64,000 bases of DNA from a virus. Lineage: Duplodnaviria > Caudoviricetes. Position numbers and translations under genes: made by a program. The notes under the pieces are model-generated. The model saw only the letters and a program-made list of their open reading frames with translations. It did no database searches and had not been told where the DNA came from. Location of the stretch: IMG/VR virus record IMGVR_UViG_3300005282_000001, positions 12,576 through 76,575 of that record. The stretch is one strand, 5' to 3'. Shown piece by piece: positions 37,201 through 47,772 of this stretch (within the stretch, counting starts at the first letter, position 1; every line of letters starts with the position of its first letter).

Positions 37201-39900
37201 AATTTGCTCTTGTAATTTCTGATGAGCACCCATGAGAGCATCTGTAAATTCCGATTGCTTCTCAAGTTGCTGCTGTTGTTGCTGAGCTACCGCTATAGCA
37301 TCTGTAGCTTGTCTATTGGCTTCCCTTTGAGCATTCGCATGAGAACCAATAGCTTCCGTAGCAATAATCGTAACAGCCGCTAGAGCAGTTAATGTAGCTC
37401 CTAGTGGAGTTGCACGGGATGCCAAAGAAGCAATATTGGTAGCTGTGATGGCGTTCTTGAGTACTATGAATCCCTTTGCAGCAATAGCAAGCCCACCAGC
37501 GGCTTCTACAGACCACGCTGGTATTTCCTTGAGTCCTGTTACGAAATTGTCGACACCACTTATGGTATCCTTTAGGACACCTGTGATACCTGCATTACCT
37601 CCAGCAACACTCAAGGACAACATATCAGTCTTAAGAGTTTGCAAGCGGCGACTGATGGTATCCAGTTGCATCCCCACCTGTTTATCTGTGAAACCTATGG
37701 AGTTCACTGCTTCTCCCCACGTTCTGATGAATTCCTTATAGTCACCCAAGGTTGCCCCAGCTTTAGACCACTGGAGCTTACCTCCTGCGAGTTGCTTATA
37801 GGTTTCCTCAAGTGATTGATTAGTCCCTTGCGTGGCTACTGCTAAATCCAACATTACATCTTGAGCCTTACGGAATTGTTTGGAGCCATCCTCGCCAATT
37901 TTGTAGACGGATACCCCAAGTTTGTCAAGTTCCGCAATGGCTTTATCGCTATGGAATGAACCATAGAGTGTTTTGAGCATATTCATATTGTTACTCCTCA
38001 TGTTTCCATGAGTGGCACAGTCATTTCTGCTGTACTCTTGCGCTTCTCTTAAGTTATACGCAAGATCGGACTGTATATTTATCCCGTAGGGATAAGGGGT
38101 TTCAGTCTCTCGGAGGTACTATAGTTTCCCATAGTATTTCTCACGGTCTTGCCCACTGCTGGCTTTTAACCGTTATCGTCCCTAGTTTCATAACACATTG
38201 CTGTGCTAAGCGGCAAGTTTAAGTCTACCGATTTCTGCCCCCGAGCGGCCTGTAGCACGTACACCAGTAGCCACCTGAGCACTTAAGAACTCAAAGTCTG
38301 TACCAGTCTGATGCGCTGCGGACCCTGCTCGTTCAACACCTTGTGATAAATCTTGTGCTGATGCACCACCGTTATGCGCTAGTTTTGTCCACACGTCTAT
38401 GATAGTTCCCGAGTATGCTAATGCTTCCGTTACGTTTTTCGCAGTCATTCCAAACTGGAACATTGCGGATTCTGCGGCTTTGTTCGCATCGACCATACTA
38501 AAGTTATCCGCAACAGCTAACTTAGCGGATTGTGCAGTTAGTGCATTGACAATATTGATATCCTTGTAAGTTCTCAAAATTGTTACTCTCATATTTCTAT
38601 GGGAGGTACAGTCATTTCTGCTGTACTCTACCGCTTAACTAGAGGGAACATACGGTAGTTCGGACTGTATATTCTTCCCATAAGGAAGGACCTATGTCAG
38701 TCTCTCGGGGTTCTATAGGATACTATAGATTTCCCACGGTCTTGGCGATCCCCATCGCTTTTAACCGTTATAAAGGTCTTTTTATGCCACAAGTTTCCAT
38801 GTGGAGGGGCAGTTTTGTTTACCCCATAACTTACCAGATTCAATAATGTTATCAATAGATTCTCCGTACTGCGCAGATATCGTTAAGAATTTCTGTGATT
38901 CCGCATTGAGCATGTTCTGCTGTTCCGCCTGTTCACTTATACCTTTACTTGCGGCATTTGCAGCGGTATTCGTATGGTCCATCACCTGGTTCACGCCAGC
39001 CATTGCAGTATCCATTCTCTTGAGGTCATCGAAGACTTTCACAGGTAAAGCAAAAGCTGCACCAAGTAATCCACCTGCTACTATCCATGAAGCATGTGAA
39101 GCCACGCGAGCTCTCATGTTATCCCATGCACTTGTATAGGTCCCTATAGATTTACTAAAGGACTCTTGTTCAGCCTTAGCAACTGACATACCCTTAGTGT
39201 ACTTATCGAGTGCTGTGGCGTACTCTGTAGAACCAATAGCACCTCTTTGGAATGCTCTATATTGTTCCTCAATATTACTCGACAGTGTACTCATTTGTTT
39301 CGCATAAGTTGCTTGAGAACCAACTGTACCAATAGAGCTTGCTATAGCTTGCTTGGCAGCTTGAGATTCTTGTTCCTTAGCTAACTTCTGTCTTACTGTA
39401 GATTCAAAGTCTAGTACCTTCTGTCTCGCAAGCATCTCTTGCTCAGCATTAGTATTTATCCGAGAAACTTGAGAAGTGTTCATCTGTGCTTCTCTAGAAG
39501 CTGCTTGCGTCATCGCACGCTCTCTACCGGAAGCCATTTGTTCTATGAGTTTCTGCTGGTCCGCAAGTTCCTTCGCTTGTGTTGCTGATGTCTGACTAGA
39601 CATTTTCTGACGTATCTTTAGTTCTTCGTTAAGTGCTTTCTCACGGGTTCCGTAGTCACCTTGAGATATTTCAGTATTCATCTTGCGGATTTGCAACTGA
39701 ATATCATTGACTAGACGCTTGAGATCATCAGCACTCTTTATGTCACCCTGGAACATTCCACGTTGGTCTGTAGAACGCCTAGCCTGTTCATATGCTGTCT
39801 TAGTTTCGCTCAGCAGTTGCTTAAGAGATTGTACTTGAACTTTCGCTTCGTCTATCCCTTGGACAACTATTCGGTTTACTATTTGAGATTCTTCAGCCAT
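34195..39900 (-). CDS. Tape measure protein with lytic transglycosylase domain; three exons: 39900-38821, 38574-38227, 37983-34195 (1738 aa spliced)
   Basis: Splicing gives in-frame SGKLWG|RTYKD and SGAEIG|NMLKTL (360+116+1262 codons); SLT motifs VESG, GAIGVMQLMP, AGYNAG; follows tail chaperone. Confidence 0.92.
37984..38226 (-). ncRNA. Group I self-splicing intron 2 in tape measure gene (243 nt, no ORF)
   Basis: P1 cggU/Gccg with U-G at the 5' splice site, P3 aggg/ccct, P4 acggt/accgt, P7 gactg/cagtc, P8 ttatccc/gggataa, terminal G. Confidence 0.9.
38575..38820 (-). ncRNA. Group I self-splicing intron 1 in tape measure gene (246 nt, no ORF)
   Basis: P1 ggggU/Gcccc, P3 gacct/aggtc, P4 acggt/accgt, P7 gactg/cagtc, terminal G. 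Confidence 0.9.
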
Positions 39901-39901
39901 T

Positions 39902-40497
39902 TTACACCTTCCCTTGATTACTCAACAGATATCTTAGAGCATCCTCGTCTTCCAAGTGTTCTCCATTGTTACTACCGCCGTCATCCTTATGGTTCGCGTT
40001 GATGGCATCTAAGAGTCCTTCTAGCTGTCCGATAGTATATCTTCCGATGGATTCTCTTGTTTCGCTAGTGTTTTCTGTGACAGCTGCGATAACATTGTTG
40101 AGGTTTCCATCAGACTCTGTTGAGCTATCTTTTTTTTTACATCTGAGATACCTCGGTATAAATCAAGTATTTCTATGATATTACTTATGTTAACCCACTG
40201 GTTAAACTCTTGTTCTTCCTCATGAGTTGCCATGGACACCAATTGCATCATCGCATTGTATGCTGTGGAGTCCAATATAGGTTCTTGAGTTTTTCTATCG
40301 ATCTTCATTTGTCCCTTTTGCTTCCCTCTGTCGTGATATGTAGGGCTCGGTAGATTTAACCCAGCGTACATATCAGAGTTTAACTTAGTAAACAAGCGGG
40401 ACGCTTTGGGGATATCATTGATAATCATAGGGAATATTTGATGTTCATTCCCATCGGTATCAATGAAGTACGTAGGATTTTCTACGATATCTGCCAT
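39902..40497 (-). CDS. Tail assembly chaperone gpG (40497-40021) and -1 frameshift product gpGT (to 39902)
   Basis: A9G slippery run at 40129-40138; -1 frame is open for 75 codons to TAA 39904-39902, one base before the TMP start. Confidence 0.85.
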
Positions 40498-40557
40498 TGT
40501 ATCACCTCATAATTTATGTTATAACCTTTGTTATGTTAAAGTTGAATTTTCAAAGTT

Positions 40558-40579
40558 AAAAGGGGAACCGAAGTCCCCC
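40558..40579 (-). terminator. Intrinsic terminator after tail tube gene
   Basis: GGGGGAC-TTCG-GTTCCCC-TTTT. Confidence 0.8.
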
Positions 40580-40584
40580 AATAG

Positions 40585-41343
40585 TTAACCTACTTTGGAC
40601 ACTACAATTTTCATGAAATCGTCAGTACCATCACCAGGATCAAGGATATTTAAGACTAACTGCGGAACACTTGCGGTAGCTTTTGCTACATCAATTTTAA
40701 AGGAACCATCTGCACGTACACGAGGAGCATAGATATCCACTTGGTACGTATCGCCATCCAATTCAGCACCTTCGATTTTCCATGCGAAAGAACTAACTTC
40801 TGGCATTGCATTTTTGAGCATACCCATTTCTACGGATTCCGATGGAGCTGTAGATTTGAACCAGAAGGTATATTCACCTGCTGTAATCCCAGTACCCCAT
40901 AAGATAGCCCCTGTTGCACTCACGTCAATCTGACTAGCGGCAGCGGCTGTTCCAGTTTGCGTAACAGTTACTGTAGCCCCATTAGGATCAATAGCAATTA
41001 CGTCTGTGATACCAGTGTATGTTCCCAAAGACGTAGCCGTAGAAGCCACAAGAGCTCTATTGAGTTTCAACACAGATGTCGTAGTGATACTTGTCATGTT
41101 TACTGCTGAAGCTTGGCTAAGGCTAAATGTAGCGGAATCAATAGTAACCTTACCCTCTTTCTTGCTGATAAATGTGTATATTGGGAATAACGAATCCCCA
41201 CCTTCGACATCCACTAGGGTTGCTGTGATATCAAAAGCCGCCTTCTGTCCATAAGTAATTTCATTGAACATCCCAGATTTTGTCATGAGATACCCATTGC
41301 CAACCTTATGGAGGACTAAGTTTTTGCTTAAATCGAATGCCAT
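40585..41343 (-). CDS. Major tail tube protein
   Basis: Position, size, followed by terminator and chaperone. Confidence 0.75.
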   Translation of the reverse strand: MAFDLSKNLVLHKVGNGYLMTKSGMFNEITYGQKAAFDITATLVDVEGGDSLFPIYTFISKKEGKVTIDSATFSLSQASAVNMTSITTTSVLKLNRALVASTATSLGTYTGITDVIAIDPNGATVTVTQTGTAAAASQIDVSATGAILWGTGITAGEYTFWFKSTAPSESVEMGMLKNAMPEVSSFAWKIEGAELDGDTYQVDIYAPRVRADGSFKIDVAKATASVPQLVLNILDPGDGTDDFMKIVVSKVG

Positions 41344-41361
41344 TTATACATTCCCCATTTC

Positions 41362-41784
41362 TTATGATTTTGTTAGTTGGTGCACACGGAATACATATCG
41401 CATTGCACCAGTTATACCAGAGGAACCTTGCCCACTGTAGTAAATCTGAGCGTCCTCATAGGTATTCTGTAGTATGTCATGAAGCACCTTATAGATTGAA
41501 CTAATGGAACTCCATGTGGATGAATATATGTTGAACTCAAGGGTACTTTTTGATACTAAAAAGTTATTCACTTGACCTCTCATGGGTACAAATGTATAAT
41601 CAAAGAATGGCATGGTGCTCACGTCATCCTGTGTCATAACTGTAGTATCTGCCATTACCCTACGAATCTTATTGTTCAATATGTCCTCATCAGTCTCACC
41701 AGGTATCTCGAGAGCCTCTAGTAATTCACTAGAAACACTGAAGATATCATATAGTTCTACTTGGATATCGAACTGGTCTTTCAT
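41362..41784 (-). CDS. Tail terminator/completion protein
   Basis: Position; LEFNIYS...YVFRV pattern. Confidence 0.6.
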   Translation of the reverse strand: MKDQFDIQVELYDIFSVSSELLEALEIPGETDEDILNNKIRRVMADTTVMTQDDVSTMPFFDYTFVPMRGQVNNFLVSKSTLEFNIYSSTWSSISSIYKVLHDILQNTYEDAQIYYSGQGSSGITGAMRYVFRVHQLTKS

Positions 41785-42323
41785 ATTACCACATCCAGTG
41801 TTATAGATAGTTCTCTTGCGATTAGTTCAGTAGTTAACTCAGCAATCCTTGAGCGTAGCGTTGGGATTTCTGCCTCGATATACTCATGAACTATGTGCAG
41901 TGGTACTTTTGATTCATATGGTTCCTTATTTCCCATCTGATGTTCCAATCGCATTCCCTCAGCTCTACCAGTGGATTCATAAGTAGTACCATCTGGAACA
42001 TATACGGTTTCACCAGCGGTTCTACCGATGAACTCATTGCCATCACTTGCTCTTGCTGGGTTCCACCTGTCGGTACTCTTGTAATCCTCAAGATATGGAT
42101 TGGATTCATCAAGTGTATGCCCACTACCATACTCAAGTATCCACGCCTTATCTCCCCAAGCTCTAATGTATTCCACAACGTTACCAGAGGATATATATGG
42201 AACATCCACTGAACACTCTGCGAGTCCATCGACTCCTTGGGAACCTTCCCATTTGTTCTGTATGGTCCACGATACCTCTGTAGCCCACTGATGAACCAAA
42301 GCGGATAACTCTAGGTCAAACAC
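41781..42323 (-). CDS. Tail completion/neck protein
   Basis: AWILEYGSG (HK97 gp10-like EYG motif); position. Confidence 0.55.
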   Translation of the reverse strand: MFDLELSALVHQWATEVSWTIQNKWEGSQGVDGLAECSVDVPYISSGNVVEYIRAWGDKAWILEYGSGHTLDESNPYLEDYKSTDRWNPARASDGNEFIGRTAGETVYVPDGTTYESTGRAEGMRLEHQMGNKEPYESKVPLHIVHEYIEAEIPTLRSRIAELTTELIARELSITLDVVI

Positions 42324-42846
42324 TTTCGATCCATCCCATCTTCACGTTAATTGTGTTGGAAGCAGTAGATCCATTAGTGAACCTTAAGATATACTGTATG
42401 TTTGGTTTGAGAACCATTTTATACCCACCGCTTGCTATGCCACCCTGTCGAGTCTGAGGATTACCAGAGACCCCACCAATGTAGCTCTTTGACACAAGTG
42501 TCCCCACTGTAGTTACTGTGGTAGCTGTCTTCAGTATCGTATCAGAAGTAAAGGAAGAGTTCCTTTGATGGTTATAGGATGTTAAAGTGGTACCAGATGT
42601 AATAACTGAAGACTCATATAGTCCAATAGTAACACTATCGGCAGATGTAACAATTGCTGCTGGGATATATATCATTGTACTATCACCTGTTAGTATTCCT
42701 AGGTCATAGTTGGCACCAGAGGCAATTGCAGCGGTTGTAAAGAACGCTTCAAAGAGCCTACCTTCGTATACTGCGACATCCTCAACGGTATGCTTACAAC
42801 CCATGAACCTTGCTTTGGTTCTCACGGGATCATCAGTATAACTCAT
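42316..42846 (-). CDS. Virion structural protein, unknown function
   Basis: Beta-rich ORF in head-tail cluster. Confidence 0.55.
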   Translation of the reverse strand: MSYTDDPVRTKARFMGCKHTVEDVAVYEGRLFEAFFTTAAIASGANYDLGILTGDSTMIYIPAAIVTSADSVTIGLYESSVITSGTTLTSYNHQRNSSFTSDTILKTATTVTTVGTLVSKSYIGGVSGNPQTRQGGIASGGYKMVLKPNIQYILRFTNGSTASNTINVKMGWIESV

Positions 42847-43409
42847 GTAATCACCACTTTTCTCTTGTCATCCGCAACTTGGACATCAATCAATCCAATG
42901 TATTTCCCATCGTCTATCGCAGATACCGTATAGAATTTACCATCGAATACTATGCGGTCATTCAAGGAAACCTTTATGGTATTCTGTAGCATAAACTTGC
43001 GAACTGTAGTATCCAATAGTCCTGCATCATACTGCCTCATGTTACTTGTGACAATTCTTTGGAAGCTATCATAGGCATTCACCAGTGTTCCCTTGTAACC
43101 TAGTGTAGCATTCCCTGAGACACTGTAGAGACTTATGGATGCGTTGACTTTCTTAAGTTGCCCTATCGTTGCTTCTACAGAGCTCTCTTGAGACACAATG
43201 AAGAATTTCTCTAGCGTACTCAAGTTAGTTACAAGATCTCCTTCGGAAAACTTGGTGTTATCTTGGAATGTTGCAGCTTTATCATAGGACTGAACCGATG
43301 AGCTTTCAGATTTTCCCCTGCGTGTCACAAGAATGCTTTCGTTATCCTTGCCAACACAAGAGAACTCTTTGACTTGCTCTCGGAAATATTTAAATACACT
43401 GGGCATCAC
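42843..43409 (-). CDS. Head closure/head-tail adaptor
   Basis: DRIVFDGKFYTV pattern; position. Confidence 0.6.
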   Translation of the reverse strand: MMPSVFKYFREQVKEFSCVGKDNESILVTRRGKSESSSVQSYDKAATFQDNTKFSEGDLVTNLSTLEKFFIVSQESSVEATIGQLKKVNASISLYSVSGNATLGYKGTLVNAYDSFQRIVTSNMRQYDAGLLDTTVRKFMLQNTIKVSLNDRIVFDGKFYTVSAIDDGKYIGLIDVQVADDKRKVVIT

Positions 43410-44008
43410 TTGAGCCTCAGAGTATCAAGTATCTTACAGATTCCTTGCGACATTATTGGGTCATCCTTATCGGAAAGTACAACAGTAATATCAAAGTTTG
43501 TCTTGGACTTCCATGTGGTTATTCCACCGTTTGTTGCAATAGCATCCGCAACCATCCCTGTAGCAATCTTAAGCTCCTCTGGAATAACTTCGTATCCACT
43601 GGTATATTTAACAATAATACTTGAGGGACTAGGAGAATGCCAAAGTTCATATGGAGCTGTCATAGCAAACGCTGGAGTTATTGCGGATTCTTGTGGAACA
43701 AATGTAAAGTATTCGAACTCTTCATCATCAAAGTAAATACTTGACGGATCATAGGATACTAAGGTAACTCCTGTAGGCTTTAGCACTCTTGCGGTAACTT
43801 CTTCAACTGTTACTCTTGGGTAATGCCTAAGTTTACCTTTAGCAAATCCCTTGCGTTTTGTTAGTGATACCTGTTCAGTGTACGTAAGGACACCATAAGA
43901 ACGTCCTGCGTATGAATCTATGGTAGCTGATGCGTCCCTTATGTCCTTTGCTGTAAGTCCGCTAGTTGAACAATAGGTTGCTATTTCAGCATCTGTTAAG
44001 TAGTTCAT
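43406..44008 (-). CDS. Head-tail connector protein
   Basis: ASATIDSY, IIVKYTSGYEVIPEELK. Confidence 0.7.
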   Translation of the reverse strand: MNYLTDAEIATYCSTSGLTAKDIRDASATIDSYAGRSYGVLTYTEQVSLTKRKGFAKGKLRHYPRVTVEEVTARVLKPTGVTLVSYDPSSIYFDDEEFEYFTFVPQESAITPAFAMTAPYELWHSPSPSSIIVKYTSGYEVIPEELKIATGMVADAIATNGGITTWKSKTNFDITVVLSDKDDPIMSQGICKILDTLRLK

Positions 44009-44205
44009 TTGACAAACCCCTGTTCCTTAAGTTTCTGTGCAGTCTCTTGTGATACTTTAGCTTTACCATTGGTGAAATTAACCATCTGATGTTTCATCAT
44101 GATTGCTGAAGAATTACTATAGTTGTCCGTAAGTTCTACCTCGATATACTTAGGAGTTTCTACTGGTTCTTCTACTGGAACTTCTTTAGCTTTTCCTCTT
44201 GCCAT
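44005..44205 (-). CDS. Small virion-associated protein
   Basis: ORF between capsid and connector. Confidence 0.55.
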   Translation of the reverse strand: MARGKAKEVPVEEPVETPKYIEVELTDNYSNSSAIMMKHQMVNFTNGKAKVSQETAQKLKEQGFVK

Positions 44206-44209
44206 CTTT

Positions 44210-45085
44210 TCACCACCTTAATTTCAATAGATTACTTATGATACTTTCTAAGTTATTCTTTTGAGTATACTTAATTGCTACTAAAGGAATACCATGAGAT
44301 TTACAGTAAAGCCTCTTAAGTCTGTCTAGTCTTTTACAGTTTTTTAAACTTTCTTTTGACCATTCTTCACCTTTACCTGCAAAATCTGCTGGTCTATAAT
44401 GTTGTTCCCCTTGGTATTCTAATAGTAATTTTATAGTTTTACCATCATCATTAAAAATACAGAAGTCAAATCTTAGTAAGCGCGTAGTTTTTAAATCTGG
44501 AAAACTATATTGAGTTGCGTATATTACATTATTTTTCTTAAGAATATCATCAATTAGTGCTTCAGATTTAGATGATCTACACTTACTACACCTGCATCCA
44601 TGAGTTATCGATCTAAATGTAATAACTTGTTCCCCATGAACTGGACAAATATATCTGAGTTTTTGATTACAATTATTGTATTCTTTTGTCAGTAATATAT
44701 ACCCTAGTTTATCAAACTCAGATTTAACATATTCATACGAATTCCTATGTTTTTCCAAACAATTCTTTCTATTATTACCAATAGACAAGATATCTGTTGT
44801 CCCGTAGTTCTTCATTAAAGTTTTATTGCCTTTTATTCGCTTACAATGCTTACAATAGTCTTTACCATCAACATATCTTTTGTTATTATAGTAACCATAA
44901 CATGTATCTACTATTTCTCCACAAATATCACAAGAAACCTTAATTCTAGCGAGACTAGTTGGCTTTAAATCCTTAGTTTTTACAGTAACTGGGGTACCAA
45001 TACCAGTGAATATATACCCCTTACTAAGAAACAATTTTTTAGTTGATGGGTTCCACTTAGTTTCAACAGTTTCAGTTAATAGCAA
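44210..45085 (-). CDS. Free-standing Vsr/EDxHD-like homing endonuclease with Zn-finger repeats
   Basis: CxxC pairs; SKSEALI...RFDF...LLEYQGEQHY...DRLKRLYC; AT-rich. Confidence 0.8.
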   Translation of the reverse strand: MLLTETVETKWNPSTKKLFLSKGYIFTGIGTPVTVKTKDLKPTSLARIKVSCDICGEIVDTCYGYYNNKRYVDGKDYCKHCKRIKGNKTLMKNYGTTDILSIGNNRKNCLEKHRNSYEYVKSEFDKLGYILLTKEYNNCNQKLRYICPVHGEQVITFRSITHGCRCSKCRSSKSEALIDDILKKNNVIYATQYSFPDLKTTRLLRFDFCIFNDDGKTIKLLLEYQGEQHYRPADFAGKGEEWSKESLKNCKRLDRLKRLYCKSHGIPLVAIKYTQKNNLESIISNLLKLRW

Positions 45086-45108
45086 TTAATTTCCCCCAAT
45101 ACAAAGTA

Positions 45109-45124
45109 GAGGGGTTTCCCCCTC
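45109..45124 (-). terminator. Hairpin after major capsid gene
   Basis: GAGGGG-GAAA-CCCCTC then TACTTTG. Confidence 0.6.
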
Positions 45125-45128
45125 CTAT

Positions 45129-46199
45129 TTATGCAGTAATTGCTTTTGTAAGACGAAAGTGCATACCAGTGTACGGGAATCTCAACACATAACTCATGTA
45201 TTCAAGCATTTGTTTATCCGTGAGTAGTCTCTGGTTAGCAAGTGGCTGACTAGCGTTCGCAAATTCGAAGAACTGCGGACCATTGTTAATCCACCACACC
45301 TTATCAATATACTTACGATTCAAGGCTACAATAGTATGTGTAGTGGTACCGCCGGATACCGTAGGTTTAATAAATGGTGTAATCATGATTGGTAATGTAC
45401 CAGCATAAGTATTAATTGCTCTAACATTCCAGCCTGGTACGATATCAGCAGTAATTTCTTGCATGTAGTTCGCACGACCTCTTTCTTCTTGAACCATAGC
45501 ATCATACGTTGCAGCATTCATGCAGATAACATCAGGCATACCTGTGTAATCTAAACGAGCCTGCAAAGAAGCAATTTTGGTATTGATGGCATCCGCAATA
45601 TAAACACCATCAGCGATTGGAGTGCTATCCGTAATCTGCGAAAGAATACCAGTCGTTTCGAACTTGTACGTACTAGCGACATCATCAAGAGCAGTCGAAC
45701 GACCATTGAAGAAATCATTAGCTTTCGTTTTGTTAAACGCAACAATCATATCGTTGTAATCTTTGACTGTCAAGTCTTCAAACGATCCATAACGTTGTTC
45801 CATTTTCATCGTAAAGTAATCATACTGAATACGACCGCCATACAAACGAGCTACAACATTCTGGAAGTTGTTACGACCATAATCCGTATCGGAAACTGTG
45901 CTACCGAAGTCAGCAGTAGTTGTACCTACACCAAGTTTCGGATCCATTGCCATTGTATTGTTAGGCATTTTCTTTTGTTCGTTGAATACATGAACTGTAC
46001 CAGACGATTCGATAGTGTTAAACCCAACTTCAATTGGGAAGTCTCTCAAAAGAGAATCATAGAGTTTTTCCTCATATCCAGCAACTTCTAACGAGTGATT
46101 TTCATTGATTGTTACGCCAGGGTATGCAGCGAAAACTTTAGCACCTTTTACGTTATCTACTGCACCCATGACTAATTGACGATTATAATCCATATTCAC
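45129..46199 (-). CDS. Major capsid protein
   Basis: 356 aa after protease/scaffold, followed by hairpin; ETTGILSQI, PDVICMN, GTLPIMITPF. Confidence 0.85.
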   Translation of the reverse strand: MNMDYNRQLVMGAVDNVKGAKVFAAYPGVTINENHSLEVAGYEEKLYDSLLRDFPIEVGFNTIESSGTVHVFNEQKKMPNNTMAMDPKLGVGTTTADFGSTVSDTDYGRNNFQNVVARLYGGRIQYDYFTMKMEQRYGSFEDLTVKDYNDMIVAFNKTKANDFFNGRSTALDDVASTYKFETTGILSQITDSTPIADGVYIADAINTKIASLQARLDYTGMPDVICMNAATYDAMVQEERGRANYMQEITADIVPGWNVRAINTYAGTLPIMITPFIKPTVSGGTTTHTIVALNRKYIDKVWWINNGPQFFEFANASQPLANQRLLTDKQMLEYMSYVLRFPYTGMHFRLTKAITA

Positions 46200-46208
46200 A
46201 TCTCTCCC

Positions 46209-47225
46209 TTATTCTGCAATTCCAGCGTTAATTTTTACAACTTTGTGCATGTATTCATCCATGTTAATCTTACCAGCTCTTAAGTCTTCCTTGGCAGCCT
46301 TAACTAACTCAGGTTTCCCTTTGACTGGTTTACTAGCTTCATCAGCTACTACCTGCTGTCCTGCTGCAAGTACTGTAGGAACTGGAATGTCTCCTGCGGC
46401 TTTCACAGGTTCAACAACTGGTTCTACCGCAGGAACAACTGTGGATGCTTCAATTTTTTCTTTAGCTTCTGCAAGGTTAACCGCAAGAGCTTCCATGTCT
46501 TCTTTAGATTTCAATGCACTTGCTTTGATTTCCTCAACATCTTTGGAAACACCTTCGATACCCTCTTTGATTTTCTGGTCAATGCTTGCGGAAATCTTTT
46601 CAAACTTCGCATCGAATCCTGCATTGATACCATCGATAATACCTTTGATTTCTTCTGCTGTCATTTTATCATTCTCCTTCGCTTGTGCGGCAATCAATTG
46701 AGTTTCATCTCCATAGGCTGCCTTTGTTTTGTATAGTATTGTACCGCCGATGAACGTGAAATCGTCGATTAACATTTCATCACCATTGGTTCTATATGAT
46801 TTCGCAAGAATTTCATAAGAGAATCCTAAGTCGTTTTTCTCTTGTTTGATACTTGCGCAAATCTTCGGGAACGTTTCATTGAATAGATACCCAGAAACCC
46901 ATAGGTCTCCATCTTGTACCCATCCTTTACTAAAGATACCTACGACTGTCTTATCATGTCCTGAGAATTTACCATCAGGATTATTCCATGCGACATTCAC
47001 TGGTTGCCCTATGATACTTGGGATAGCTTTCTCTGCGGCCGCTTGTGTTATCACAGCTTTCTTTCCAACATTACTCATTGGAGCTTTTACAGATGCTTCA
47101 TCAAGGTTGCATAGGATACCAGTGAATGGCTGGCGGTTCTCAAGTGGCTCAGATACTGATAGAGCACCGCAGGATATCTTGAGTTTATCGAATGGCAATC
47201 CCAAAGCCCCCAGCGAGCTGTGCAT
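46209..47225 (-). CDS. Prohead protease with C-terminal scaffold
   Basis: SGHD...VG, GFSYE catalytic-like motifs; helical low-complexity C-terminus. Confidence 0.75.
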   Translation of the reverse strand: MHSSLGALGLPFDKLKISCGALSVSEPLENRQPFTGILCNLDEASVKAPMSNVGKKAVITQAAAEKAIPSIIGQPVNVAWNNPDGKFSGHDKTVVGIFSKGWVQDGDLWVSGYLFNETFPKICASIKQEKNDLGFSYEILAKSYRTNGDEMLIDDFTFIGGTILYKTKAAYGDETQLIAAQAKENDKMTAEEIKGIIDGINAGFDAKFEKISASIDQKIKEGIEGVSKDVEEIKASALKSKEDMEALAVNLAEAKEKIEASTVVPAVEPVVEPVKAAGDIPVPTVLAAGQQVVADEASKPVKGKPELVKAAKEDLRAGKINMDEYMHKVVKINAGIAE

Positions 47226-47766
47226 TACCTGTGATTACAACTTTGAACACAAGTGATGTTCCCGTAGGTTTCGCACCAATGAATACTCCAGAACCACCAT
47301 AGATTTGCGTGAACGTTGTGCCAGCATCGCGAGAAACGAAGTAGGAAATTGTTCCAGTTCCAAGAGTTTCTGTGCCTAACTTAAGTACCGCATAGTTATC
47401 CGTAGAACTCACAGTGTAAGCATTGGATACTACAGTGGCTGTAGCAGTCGTTAAGGTAGCCTTGAGAATCTTACCCGTAGTATCAAGTGTATAATTTGTG
47501 GAACTTCCTGCGTTTACAAATGTATTCGCATCGAAGGCCTCTACGATTTTCGTAGTGGTTGCTGCGGTAGTCCCAAGGGTAATCGCTGCGAGTGCTGTGT
47601 TATCTAATGATTTCTGCATTGGTTTATCACCAAATACATAAGCTCCAGCAGTTAACACATTGTCACCTAAGTATTTAAAAGCTTTCTTAAGAGAACCCTT
47701 CTCGCCTACTTTAGTACACTTATGGTACCCTAAAGTTACCACATTAGTTAATCCAGTTTCATACAA
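47185..47766 (-). CDS. Virion structural protein (Thr-rich beta)
   Basis: ORF between portal and protease. Confidence 0.55.
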   Translation of the reverse strand: MYETGLTNVVTLGYHKCTKVGEKGSLKKAFKYLGDNVLTAGAYVFGDKPMQKSLDNTALAAITLGTTAATTTKIVEAFDANTFVNAGSSTNYTLDTTGKILKATLTTATATVVSNAYTVSSTDNYAVLKLGTETLGTGTISYFVSRDAGTTFTQIYGGSGVFIGAKPTGTSLVFKVVITGNAQLAGGFGIAIR

Positions 47767-47772
47767 TAGTTA

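Noticed and set aside
37984-38820. TMP breaks interpreted as pseudogene, frameshift errors or stop-codon reassignment
   Set aside because: Both gaps are ~245-nt mutually similar inserts with group I architecture, and exact removal restores one frame.
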